A stretch of 64,000 nt of DNA. Source: a virus (lineage: Duplodnaviria; Heunggongvirae; Uroviricota; Caudoviricetes). Positions 27,789 through 36,395 of this stretch are shown here, in pieces (position 1 is the first letter of the stretch; the number at the start of each line of letters is the position of its first letter). Where the stretch lies: positions 35,712 through 99,711 of the IMG/VR virus record IMGVR_UViG_3300033143_002040; one strand, 5' to 3'. The notes below the pieces were generated by a model. That model did no database searches. It had not been told where the DNA came from and saw only the letters and a list, made by a program, of their open reading frames with translations. A program made the position numbers and the translations under genes.

Positions 27789-28119
27789 ATGGAACACAGA
27801 CAAGATTAGTTCAGATTTGCTAGACATTCCTAATGTCGAAGCGGTCATTGAACACGACCCTGGCGGGGATGTAGACACTAGCAACCTTCTCGCTAAAGTA
27901 ACTGGCGCAGACGAATACATTTATGTGTGCGGGTTTAGTGTTGACAATGTTATCACTGATCCTAGAGACACTGACATTGAAATGGTCGAAATTACAGATC
28001 AAAGCGGTGACGGGTTACAAAGCATCGACTTTGAGGTCGCGCGGGCGTATATAGCCGTACGTCAATATTTCGTAGGGCAGAATGTAGAAGTCGTTAACAG
28101 ACTAAAGGATTATTTCTAA
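27781..28119 (+). CDS. hypothetical protein (112 aa)
   Basis: ORF. Confidence 0.45.
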   Translation: MFKWNTDKISSDLLDIPNVEAVIEHDPGGDVDTSNLLAKVTGADEYIYVCGFSVDNVITDPRDTDIEMVEITDQSGDGLQSIDFEVARAYIAVRQYFVGQNVEVVNRLKDYF

Positions 28120-28224
28120 TGAATGATACAATAGTATTACTTATCATGTTCTCGCCAGTCTTTAGCATGTGCATATATAATGCGATCACCATGTGTGAAG
28201 CATTGAAGACAAAGGAAAGTTGAT

Positions 28225-28503
28225 ATGACTTGTAAATGTGGAAGTACACGCATCGCAGGAGTGGGTGCAAAATGTTCTGATTTATGTTATACTACATTAC
28301 CTGGCCGTAAAGATATTGACGGTTATGTGGTAAATGGGCTTGGCATCGGCGGTGGCGACTATGTAGAATTCGACTACTGCCTCGACTGTGGGCAACTACA
28401 GGGAACGTTTCCAATCACTGAGAAGTCGATCAGCGAAGCGTTGGATGACGCAGGTCTCTCCGAAAGAGAATACGACGAAGACGGATTTGAGGTACGAACA
28501 TGA
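28225..28503 (+). CDS. hypothetical Zn-ribbon protein
   Basis: CKCGS...CLDCGQ. Confidence 0.45.
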   Translation: MTCKCGSTRIAGVGAKCSDLCYTTLPGRKDIDGYVVNGLGIGGGDYVEFDYCLDCGQLQGTFPITEKSISEALDDAGLSEREYDEDGFEVRT

Positions 28504-28748
28504 ATATTACAATAGAATCAATTATGAATGCATGGTTGCCGATTTCGGTATTCTACTTTGTATATTTTATACTTTGCCCGATGTTAGCTATGTCTGGTAA
28601 TCGCTGGATAAACAAAGCAACTGGTGCTGAAAAACGCAAGCGATATTGGCAGGGCGTTCGTTGGGCATCAGGCATGTTTCATATTGCAGCAGTACTTGCG
28701 GGGTTACTGTTGTGGGTTTTACATCCTTACATGTTTCCCGCACAATAA
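28500..28748 (+). CDS. hypothetical membrane protein (2 TM)
   Basis: hydrophobic segments. Confidence 0.4.
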   Translation: MNITIESIMNAWLPISVFYFVYFILCPMLAMSGNRWINKATGAEKRKRYWQGVRWASGMFHIAAVLAGLLLWVLHPYMFPAQ

Positions 28749-28772
28749 ATTAACTGGAGGAAATACAGATTA

Positions 28773-29114
28773 ATGCAGTATTTTAAATGGCAAGAAGGTC
28801 GGCAGAAAAGTGGCTACGATAAGATGCTCCTTATTCAAAATACCTTCCTTCTTCCATTTGATTGCTACATTATTCGCTATCGTGAAGGTTCAGAGATTGA
28901 TACGCACACTGATCCTGTAGAAGGAAAAGAACATCACAGAATCAACATTGTATTAAAAAATGCGGAGTATGGCGGGCACTTCTGGTGCAACGACGAAGAA
29001 TCCTTAAACATATTTAATCGCATTATTTATTTTCGACCAGACAAATTTGAACACTCAGTTTCAAAAATACTATTTGGAACTCGGTATGTACTAAGTATAG
29101 GATGGGTTAAGTGA
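28773..29114 (+). CDS. hypothetical protein; possible small 2OG-Fe(II)-oxygenase-like fold (HxD...H)
   Basis: DTHTDPVEGKEHHRINIV ... GGHFW; weak. Confidence 0.4.
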   Translation: MQYFKWQEGRQKSGYDKMLLIQNTFLLPFDCYIIRYREGSEIDTHTDPVEGKEHHRINIVLKNAEYGGHFWCNDEESLNIFNRIIYFRPDKFEHSVSKILFGTRYVLSIGWVK

Positions 29115-29494
29115 GCGCAATAACAGAGCCGAATAGCAAAGAGCAATTCCTCAAACTTTTAAGTGGTAAGGAAATTGCGAGAGACAAATTCGGAACAGTA
29201 ATCAATATTGATGATATTGTTGTGTTTGGCTCAGGTGTGAAAAGCGGTCCAGATTTGAATTACGGGCTCGTAACTAAAATAAATTACAATAATATAGATG
29301 AGAAGACTGGCGAAGAAAAAGTATCTACTGTTGGTGTGCGAAAATGTCAAAAAAGCTGGGGTGCTAATGGCGTTTATAAACTGAACCTACATAGAGTTTC
29401 GATTAAGCGATGGGAGAATACTTGGGTCATTACTGAGTTTACACCGCAAGAAGTTAAAGATGCTATCAAAGCAGGAAACAACATAAAGAAATGA
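29111..29494 (+). CDS. tandem-paralog family protein 1 of 4
   Basis: IVVFGSGVKSGPDLNYGLVTKINYN. Confidence 0.5.
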   Translation: MSAITEPNSKEQFLKLLSGKEIARDKFGTVINIDDIVVFGSGVKSGPDLNYGLVTKINYNNIDEKTGEEKVSTVGVRKCQKSWGANGVYKLNLHRVSIKRWENTWVITEFTPQEVKDAIKAGNNIKK

Positions 29495-29658
29495 TTATAG
29501 CAACACTAGAAATGTGGCAGGATGGACAAGATGAACCTGTTAAGGAATTCGATAAAGAGTTTCCGAGCATGGCACATATGCATCAATGGTTGAATATTCA
29601 AGCGCAACATCCATTTATGTGGCTCATATTAATAGGTACGACGGAGATAAATGAATGA
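29491..29658 (+). CDS. small ORF (55 aa) not in ORF track, ATGA-coupled
   Basis: MIIATLEMWQDG... Confidence 0.3.
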   Translation: MIIATLEMWQDGQDEPVKEFDKEFPSMAHMHQWLNIQAQHPFMWLILIGTTEINE

Positions 29659-30056
29659 TAATGGAAGCAACGGAAGCTGATCGCAAACGGATTGAATTCG
29701 TAAGTAAACTCAAAGACAAACCGTATGCGTGTGACATATTTAATAGAGCAATACAACCTGGGGACATTCTAATCTTTGGTACTGGAACGCAGAGTGCAGC
29801 AGGATTGAACTTCGGACTTGTCGAAAAATTCAATTACAAAACTGCAACTCAATATACTTACACTCATAAAACTGGTGAAGATTATGTTTCGTCAGTAACA
29901 GTCAAAGTTGCAACTGTACGAAACGACATCATACGATTGCAGAATCGACGCGGGCTTGCATCATTTAGAGAAGCCTGCATTCTAGACAATCCGCCAGAAA
30001 ATATTATGGATGTATTTGTTGAGTGGGAGGAAAGCAATGTCAAGCGCAAAAGATAA
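29655..30056 (+). CDS. tandem-paralog family protein 2 of 4
   Basis: ILIFGTGTQSAAGLNFGLVEKFNYK. Confidence 0.5.
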   Translation: MIMEATEADRKRIEFVSKLKDKPYACDIFNRAIQPGDILIFGTGTQSAAGLNFGLVEKFNYKTATQYTYTHKTGEDYVSSVTVKVATVRNDIIRLQNRRGLASFREACILDNPPENIMDVFVEWEESNVKRKR

Positions 30057-30417
30057 ACAAGTATTCACTGAATCGCTCAAAGGTCTTAAGACAGCTAGAG
30101 ACCGCTTCGGAACGCCAATCGCTGCTGGCGAAATCATTGCGTATGCTACTGTTCAGTGGAAAAGCCCGATAATGAAAGTCGCAAAAATTATAGAAGTAAA
30201 ACGCAAAGAAGGAACTAAGATGGTGAATCAGGGTGGTAAATGGGTTTCAACTCCTGACCAAAAAGTTACTTTGCGTGTTCAGGGTGCGATGAAATCATCT
30301 TGGGATGAAGACGGAAAATGGGAATTACAGAATGCGTCTACACTAAAGAAAATAGAAAACGTGATTATACTCACTGATCCTGTCCAAGAAGTTGTAGACT
30401 TGTTTAAAGATATTTAA
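30037..30417 (+). CDS. tandem-paralog family protein 3 of 4
   Basis: KVAKIIEVKRKEG...LTDPVQEVVDLFKDI. Confidence 0.5.
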   Translation: MSSAKDKQVFTESLKGLKTARDRFGTPIAAGEIIAYATVQWKSPIMKVAKIIEVKRKEGTKMVNQGGKWVSTPDQKVTLRVQGAMKSSWDEDGKWELQNASTLKKIENVIILTDPVQEVVDLFKDI

Positions 30418-30782
30418 TGGCTGATGATAAAGATAAACGAGTATTTAAAGATAAGCTTTCGGGCAAAACGATTGCTTACGATGTCTTTGATACGCCAATG
30501 TTTGAAGGCGAATTTCTATTACATGCTGCAGGTGGCACAAGCCCTGAAATGCGTGTGTTAAAGATCCTCGAAGTGCGTAATGCACAAGCGTATCGCGGCG
30601 GCTACGGAAATCGTAAGAGAGAAAAATTTATTCAAGTCTCATTGAAAGTACGGAGAGCTACGCGATGGGGTCGTGGAGATTGGGTTTTACAGGATCGTCA
30701 GTCTTATATTAAATCATTAGAAAATTGTATTGTATTAACTAATCCAAAACCAGAACTTATAGAATTGTTTAAAGACGTTTGA
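30417..30782 (+). CDS. tandem-paralog family protein 4 of 4
   Basis: RVLKILEVRNAQ...LTNPKPELIELFKDV. Confidence 0.5.
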   Translation: MADDKDKRVFKDKLSGKTIAYDVFDTPMFEGEFLLHAAGGTSPEMRVLKILEVRNAQAYRGGYGNRKREKFIQVSLKVRRATRWGRGDWVLQDRQSYIKSLENCIVLTNPKPELIELFKDV

Positions 30783-31177
30783 TGGAATCTTCTAATAAAT
30801 CTATAGAATACGTCTTAGATGCGCTTTGTAACTATTATTATATTTACGGAGAGAATAGATCAAGATTTATGAGTGGCTGGGTGAGTGAAATACGTACAGC
30901 AGTTTATGTTGATAGCGTAAACTTTGACAAAGCAGATACGCCCATACACATGTTTGATGGTTTGCATGATAAAGAAATAAGTGGAACTTACTTTTTTATG
31001 AGGCAAGCACTTAACGAAATGTGTCGCGACATAGAAGAAATGGGTGAATTTCCGATTACTGATGAAAAATATTTAACAGATCAATGTTGCAAATATTTTG
31101 AAGCAGCATGGAAATTTAAAGAACGAGAAAATTTTAAGAGGAAACTAGCTGGTCAAAGAGTTATTCACGACTGGTGA
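30779..31177 (+). CDS. hypothetical protein (132 aa)
   Basis: ORF. Confidence 0.45.
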   Translation: MMESSNKSIEYVLDALCNYYYIYGENRSRFMSGWVSEIRTAVYVDSVNFDKADTPIHMFDGLHDKEISGTYFFMRQALNEMCRDIEEMGEFPITDEKYLTDQCCKYFEAAWKFKERENFKRKLAGQRVIHDW

Positions 31178-31256
31178 AGTAGTCTAGACTGTTAGCGGCG
31201 AGTATGAATCACCTTACTGCTAGCTAATCAATTAGTGATTCAGGAGAAGTAAAAAA

Positions 31257-32765
31257 ATGGATAGTATAATGTCAGGGTTTAGCTTGGTACCGAGCTTTGG
31301 CGGACAGATCGCGATTGGGATAGGTGTATTTCTATTCCTCGTTGTCTTTGTCGCCAAACTGTATCGAGTGGTAGTAAGGCCGAACGAGGTGCATGTTGTA
31401 CAGAATCGCAACTCGACGGTAATGTATGGTAAGACACCCGAGCCTGTTGAAGACGCTAATGGCGATTTAATTGAAAGCACAGATCACATCGTCAGCAACA
31501 GTTATTACGCATGGCCTACTTGGTGGCCGCGTATTGGTGTAACAGTTAGAATTTTGTCACTGGCTATTTTCGACCAAAAGCTAACTGATTACGAAGCATA
31601 CGATATTGGTAAGGTTCCGTTTATGGTTGACGTAGTAGCGTTCTTCCGTATCTTTGATCCATCTATTGCTGCGAAGCGCACGACTGATCTACATGAGTTG
31701 CGTTGCCAGCTAGAATCAATCTTGCAAGGTGCTACACGTAACATTCTTGCTAAGAACGAGATTGAAGAAATCATGCAGGAGCGTAACACGTATGGTCAAT
31801 TGTTTACGACTGAGACCGAAGATCAACTACGGGCTTGGGGCGTAAGTAATGTTAAGAATATCGAGCTTATGGATATTCGTGACGGTAAGGACTCTAGGGT
31901 TGTTACAGACATCATGGCTAAGAAAGAATCTTTGATTGATCGTGAGTCGCGTGTTGTTCGTGCTGATAACAAAAAGAAAGCCGAGACAGCGGAAATTGAG
32001 GCAGGACAGGTTATTGCTGTTCGCGCTCAAGAAGCTGAACAGTTAGTTGGTGAGCGTACTGCTGAGAAAGACAAGCAGGTTGGTATCGCTAACGAAATGG
32101 CGAATCAGGAAATTCAAGAGCAAGCTAAGACTACTGCTGAGAAAATTATGGCAGTTCAGTTGGTCGAGAATGTTCGTGCTGCTGAGATTAACCGCGAAGT
32201 ACAAGTAGTTGCGGCAGATCAGGACAAGCAGACGTTTGTTATTCGTGCAGACGGTGAGAAGCAGCAGAAGATTATTACTGCCGAAGCTGAGAAAGCTGAG
32301 ACAGTACTTGTTGCTGAAGGTATCTTGGTACAGCAGTTGAAAGACGCTGAAGGTATTCTCGCAGTCGGTACTTCTGAGGCAGAAGCAAAACGCTTGTTTG
32401 AAATGGCTCGCGTTACACCTGAGCTAGAAATGGCTCGCGAAATTGGCGAAAACGAAGGTTATCAGGGTTACTTGGTTAGCATTCGTGGAGTCGAGAAAGA
32501 CGAGACAGTTGGCGTTGAGCAAGCTAAGGCATTGCAGGATGCTGGCATCAAGGTTATTGCTAACACAGGAAATGTCGCTAGCGGCATTGACAGTGTGATG
32601 GATCTTTTCTCCGCAGCAGGCGGAACAGAAATCGCAGCAATGGCTGAGGCGCTTAGTCAGACTGACGCTGGAGCAGCACTGTTGAGTCGTTTGGGTATTA
32701 ATACCGGGACTGAAAAGACAACGACAGCAAAGCCACGCAAAGTAACAGCGGCTAAAAAGTCGTAG
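31257..32765 (+). CDS. SPFH/band-7 (flotillin/YqiK-like) membrane protein with long coiled-coil C-terminus
   Basis: N-terminal TM helix; YDIGKVPFMVDVVAFFRIFDP SPFH core; EA/EQ-rich coiled coil. Confidence 0.75.
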   Translation: MDSIMSGFSLVPSFGGQIAIGIGVFLFLVVFVAKLYRVVVRPNEVHVVQNRNSTVMYGKTPEPVEDANGDLIESTDHIVSNSYYAWPTWWPRIGVTVRILSLAIFDQKLTDYEAYDIGKVPFMVDVVAFFRIFDPSIAAKRTTDLHELRCQLESILQGATRNILAKNEIEEIMQERNTYGQLFTTETEDQLRAWGVSNVKNIELMDIRDGKDSRVVTDIMAKKESLIDRESRVVRADNKKKAETAEIEAGQVIAVRAQEAEQLVGERTAEKDKQVGIANEMANQEIQEQAKTTAEKIMAVQLVENVRAAEINREVQVVAADQDKQTFVIRADGEKQQKIITAEAEKAETVLVAEGILVQQLKDAEGILAVGTSEAEAKRLFEMARVTPELEMAREIGENEGYQGYLVSIRGVEKDETVGVEQAKALQDAGIKVIANTGNVASGIDSVMDLFSAAGGTEIAAMAEALSQTDAGAALLSRLGINTGTEKTTTAKPRKVTAAKKS

Positions 32766-32775
32766 AGCAAATGGT

Positions 32776-32808
32776 GAGTGGGGCGTTAAGCCCCACTCAA
32801 CTTTAAAT
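32776..32808 (+). terminator. putative intrinsic terminator hairpin (GAGTGGGGC-gttaa-GCCCCACTC)
   Basis: perfect 9-bp stem; weak U-tract. Confidence 0.5.
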
Positions 32809-33019
32809 GTATACAGTAACACCAGACAATGACGTATTAAAAATTCGCCTAATCAAACCTGGGCGCAATTCGAACCGAGTGCAAGTATGCACTGTATCAT
32901 CGCCTGAGGATGAAACACGATCTCTTTGGGGTCAGATAAATTATGAATTACATATGTCTGAAATTTTCACAAACCGTGAAGATGCAGAGAAACAAGCATT
33001 CATAAGGAAATTAAGTTGA
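32807..33019 (+). CDS. small protein with KEYFKKKLxG-like C-terminus
   Basis: ...EKQAFIRKLS. Confidence 0.4.
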   Translation: MYTVTPDNDVLKIRLIKPGRNSNRVQVCTVSSPEDETRSLWGQINYELHMSEIFTNREDAEKQAFIRKLS

Positions 33020-33198
33020 GCAAAGCACGATACATTATGAATGTAATTGTCTATTTACTGACAGGATTTCTTTTTGGAATGGGAATCATCGACAATGATC
33101 CTTTTATCAAAATACTTTGCACAGGGTGTCTTATGTTCACAACTGTAATTCTTATTATTAACACATGGTTTGTATTGAAGGGGGAAGAAAATGTATAG
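33016..33198 (+). CDS. small membrane protein (60 aa)
   Basis: two hydrophobic helices. Confidence 0.4.
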   Translation: MSKARYIMNVIVYLLTGFLFGMGIIDNDPFIKILCTGCLMFTTVILIINTWFVLKGEENV

Positions 33199-33365
33199 AT
33201 GGTATGATAGTTTAAAAGACCCAACTAGATTTCTAGTGTTCTTTATTCCCGCAGCTACACTAATTACAGCAGTATATCTTGCACCTTACCCGTTTAATGG
33301 TATTGCTATTGGATTACTCTTGTTTGCGGGTGTAACACGGGCAATTCACATTCACAAGGGTTAAT
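33192..33365 (+). CDS. small membrane protein (57 aa), not in ORF track
   Basis: MYRWYDSLKDPTRFLVFFIPAATLITAVYLAPYPFNGIAIGLLLFAG. Confidence 0.35.
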
Positions 33366-33653
33366 GTGTCAACATACGAAGAAGCGGAAGCAACAGAATG
33401 GTGCATCAAAAATGGCCTCATGGAACGGCCCCATGACCCGTATGATTGGACACAGTGGACTAAAGTATTCCGTGTATTTCCTAGAAAATCTATTAACAAC
33501 AAATTTCTATTCAATGTAATGTATAAAAGAAGACGCGCATATGATGAACATTTTTATTTTTCAAATGGTCAGCGCATTTACAAATATGAATATCAATATG
33601 CTAATGAAAGAGAAGTATTCAAGCAACTATTGAAGGAGGATAATCATGGTTAG
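33366..33653 (+). CDS. KEYFKKKLxG-family protein (PRKSI box)
   Basis: WTQWTKVFRVFPRKSINNK ... EREVFKQLLKEDNHG. Confidence 0.5.
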   Translation: MSTYEEAEATEWCIKNGLMERPHDPYDWTQWTKVFRVFPRKSINNKFLFNVMYKRRRAYDEHFYFSNGQRIYKYEYQYANEREVFKQLLKEDNHG

Positions 33654-33819
33654 TTGGAAAGACCAACCTAAATCCCATCGCCGCAGAGTCGGCAAGGGTT
33701 CATACGCTCTAAAGCGTCGGCGCACGATTGCGCTTGATAACTTGCTCAAGATCAAAGATCCTGACAAGCGTGAGCTAGCAGAGATTGAAACTCTGCAAAA
33801 GAGAACTGCTCGTGGCTAA
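33646..33819 (+). CDS. small Arg-rich basic protein (57 aa), not in ORF track
   Basis: MVSWKDQPKSHRRRVGKGSYALKRRRT... Confidence 0.3.
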   Translation: MVSWKDQPKSHRRRVGKGSYALKRRRTIALDNLLKIKDPDKRELAEIETLQKRTARG

Positions 33820-33853
33820 GAAAGCTGTGACAGTTGTTGTCGATGAGAAGGTC

Positions 33854-34105
33854 ATGTTTACTGACCTTCTCCGAAACAATGTGCCAGATATGATAAAATC
33901 GTGTGATGATGCGATTGAAGAAATAGAATATTATAAAAGAAAGATTATCAAGAAAACGTTTCCTGAGTTTGATTTCACATATCAAACATCATCAATGCGC
34001 TGGAAGTGTGAAACTTCTCCCTGCGGAATGTGTGTGTTTGATCTTGTCGAAGATCGACATAGGGATGATTGTATCTTTTGCCACTTACCAGATGAGAGAA
34101 AATGA
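33854..34105 (+). CDS. hypothetical Cys-rich protein (start uncertain; ORF track 33785)
   Basis: CETSPCGMC...CIFCH. Confidence 0.4.
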   Translation: MFTDLLRNNVPDMIKSCDDAIEEIEYYKRKIIKKTFPEFDFTYQTSSMRWKCETSPCGMCVFDLVEDRHRDDCIFCHLPDERK

Positions 34106-34431
34106 ACAAAATTTATTATCAAAGCAAGTCTCTTATGATTATTGGGCATACTGATGATTTAAACAAGATGACCGACATTGATTATTTTAATCACAAAGTG
34201 GTTAGTAGTAGTATATTACACAAAGCAGAGGAAGTTTGGTCTTATAATCCACAGAACAGATCGTTCGAATGTGTCAAGAATAGAAATGGGAAGGCTACAA
34301 TATTGATGTCTTTTCTTGTTAGCAAAGGCATCCACATTCGGCCCGATGTTGCAGCACTTAATAACGGCAAGCCTCCTCGATTTCGATTTGAAGATGATAA
34401 AGACCACTTCTTATTTCAGTTGAAATTCTAA
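34102..34431 (+). CDS. tandem paralog A (109 aa)
   Basis: ...HFLFQLKF C-terminus. Confidence 0.5.
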   Translation: MNKIYYQSKSLMIIGHTDDLNKMTDIDYFNHKVVSSSILHKAEEVWSYNPQNRSFECVKNRNGKATILMSFLVSKGIHIRPDVAALNNGKPPRFRFEDDKDHFLFQLKF

Positions 34432-34763
34432 TGACTAAAATTTATCACTTCAGCAACAAGCTTATTGTCATGGATAAGCAGTACAAGACTGACACGCATT
34501 CTTCAATACAAAGTATGATGTTGACAGTACTCAGAGCAACTCACGAAGCCATATATGCGGCACATGAAATTTGGTTATATAATCATAATACTAGCCGATT
34601 CGAAATGTATAAAAACAAAAACGGATTTAAAACATTATTAGAAAAATTCTTTGAGAACAAAGGCATTAATTTAAAATGTGATGCAGCCGATATGACTGCA
34701 AAATCTATCAGCTATAGATTTAAGGAACCAAAAGACGAATTCTTATTTAATCTAAAGTTCTGA
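34431..34763 (+). CDS. tandem paralog B (110 aa)
   Basis: ...EFLFNLKF C-terminus; collinear with 34102..34431. Confidence 0.5.
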   Translation: MTKIYHFSNKLIVMDKQYKTDTHSSIQSMMLTVLRATHEAIYAAHEIWLYNHNTSRFEMYKNKNGFKTLLEKFFENKGINLKCDAADMTAKSISYRFKEPKDEFLFNLKF

Positions 34764-34781
34764 TATAGATAAATAACTGTA

Positions 34782-34946
34782 TGAGGATTAATGATATTAT
34801 CAAAGAGCATGTAAGTGATGCGGAAGCATTTGTTACAGGCCACAGAATTGACCCTGAACTATTAGAACTACGGAAACGTAAGATGCAAATAGAACAAGGA
34901 ATTGATCCTGATGAGGCGGAAATTGTCCAGGATTTCCCAAGCTAGA
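34782..34946 (+). CDS. small ORF (54 aa) not in ORF track
   Basis: MRINDIIKEHVSDAEAF... Confidence 0.3.
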
Positions 34947-35045
34947 TAGAACTAGCCATCTCTGCGCGGTCACAGCGCAACGAGTCACAACACCAACAAA
35001 GTAGAACACGTAGCAGGTCGCTACGGAAAATACCTAAGGATTTCA

Positions 35046-35100
35046 ATAGGTTACGTATTTTAGAAACTTCAATGAAATCAATAGGTTACGTATTCTTGTA
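35046..35100 (+). repeat. two copies of a 16-bp direct repeat TCAATAGGTTACGTAT upstream of promoter
   Basis: copies at ~35046 and ~35084. Confidence 0.6.
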
Positions 35101-35146
35101 CGTTTGTGTGCGATTGTGCGCTATTGCACGATAAGATACAAAAAGC

Positions 35147-35175
35147 TTGACTTACAGGAATAGTGGTGCTACAAT
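35147..35175 (+). promoter_or_regulatory. sigma70-like promoter TTGACT-17-TACAAT
   Basis: spacer GGAATAGTGG shared with the 38057 promoter. Confidence 0.6.
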
Positions 35176-35196
35176 GTCGAGATAAGTAAGGATAGG

Positions 35197-35757
35197 ATGA
35201 TGAGTGATACATTAATTTTAAACGCAGATGGCAACCCGTTATCGGTAGTTCCGATTTCGGTTGTTTCATGGATGACAGCAATTAGGCTTGCTTACCAACA
35301 TAAGGTACGAGTTATTAGTTCGTATGAAGATTGGGAAGTGCATTCACCTAGCTGCACCTGGCAGGTTCCGTCGATTGTTATGTGTACGGAATTTGTGAAG
35401 TGGAGCAGGCAAGTCAAGTACAATCGCAGCAACATTTTGCTACGAGATATGTACACCTGTCAGCTTTGTGGTGCTAAGCCGCCTGCGAGTCAGTTAACTC
35501 TTGACCACGTAGTTCCTAGAGTTCACGGTGGTAAGACGAACTGGACTAACATCGTTGCTGCATGTAAGAAGTGTAACCACGACAAGGGTCACAACAAGAA
35601 GATTCGTCCTAAGAGGCTTCCGACTAAGCCGAACTATTACGAGCTAATGGCAAAGAGGATGAAGTTCCCAATTACGATTCGTGATCCAGAATGGCTAACA
35701 TTCCTAGCATGGCCTGAGGATAAGATCGAGATTCGCCCTCCACGGAAGGTTGCATGA
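35197..35757 (+). CDS. HNH nuclease (McrA/HNH-family)
   Basis: CQLCGAKP...LDHVVPRVHGGKTNWTNIVAACKKCNHDKG. Confidence 0.8.
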   Translation: MMSDTLILNADGNPLSVVPISVVSWMTAIRLAYQHKVRVISSYEDWEVHSPSCTWQVPSIVMCTEFVKWSRQVKYNRSNILLRDMYTCQLCGAKPPASQLTLDHVVPRVHGGKTNWTNIVAACKKCNHDKGHNKKIRPKRLPTKPNYYELMAKRMKFPITIRDPEWLTFLAWPEDKIEIRPPRKVA

Positions 35758-35993
35758 TCGACCATAAACTCTCGCTACGAAATCGTAAGATACTGAAAAG
35801 CGTCCACTTGTGTGGATGCTTTTCTTGTATTAGAACCTTTCCCGTATCAGCGATAAAAGAATGGACGGACAATGGTGAAACTGCTCTTTGCCCGAATTGC
35901 GGCATTGATTCCATCCTACCTGAGACTGTTGACATAAGCAAAGCGAGCCTTACGCAGATGTGTGAACGGTGGTTTAGCGGGTATCAATCGTAA
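35754..35993 (+). CDS. hypothetical Zn-finger protein (79 aa)
   Basis: CGCFSC...CPNCG. Confidence 0.45.
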   Translation: MIDHKLSLRNRKILKSVHLCGCFSCIRTFPVSAIKEWTDNGETALCPNCGIDSILPETVDISKASLTQMCERWFSGYQS

Positions 35994-36095
35994 ATAAACC
36001 TACCATGTTTTTGATATGGTGTCTTCCTAGATAGATAAATAAGTGCGTACACAACATATACGCACTTAATTAAACCGTTAAAGGAAAACAGGAAC

Positions 36096-36395
36096 ATGGC
36101 AAATACGAAGAAAAAAACTGCAAAGAAAGCATCTGCTAAGGTCACAAAGACTAGCGCAGCAGCAAAAGCAGCAAAAACACAAGCACCAACAGATGCACCA
36201 GTACAAGATGGTAGTCAGTTGACTATTGCTGATTTACAAGCACTTTCATCAGTTATTGATATTGCGGTTCGCCGCGGCGCATTTGGCGCAGGTGAAGTAA
36301 CAGAAGTTGGAGCTATCTTTGATAAGCTTAGTTCTTTCCTAGCTGTTATCGCATCACAAAAAGAAGCTGCTGACGCGGCTGAGGCAGGTAAGTAA
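36096..36395 (+). CDS. Lys/Ala-rich histone H1-like DNA-binding protein
   Basis: N-terminal KKKTAKKASAKVTKTSAAAKAAK low-complexity; 99 aa. Confidence 0.5.
   Translation: MANTKKKTAKKASAKVTKTSAAAKAAKTQAPTDAPVQDGSQLTIADLQALSSVIDIAVRRGAFGAGEVTEVGAIFDKLSSFLAVIASQKEAADAAEAGK

Noticed and set aside
32850-32885. tRNA-like T-arm string GGCGCAATTCGAACCGAG
   Set aside because: Lies inside a coding ORF (32807..33019) with a family-type C-terminus. No acceptor or anticodon stems could be built. No tRNA was detected anywhere in the window by eye.
36040-36067. Hairpin AAGTGCGTA-cacaacata-TACGCACTT upstream of the H1-like gene as a terminator
   Set aside because: Good 9-bp stem but no downstream U-tract. 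It is more likely an RNA stability or regulatory stem, so it was not listed as a terminator.
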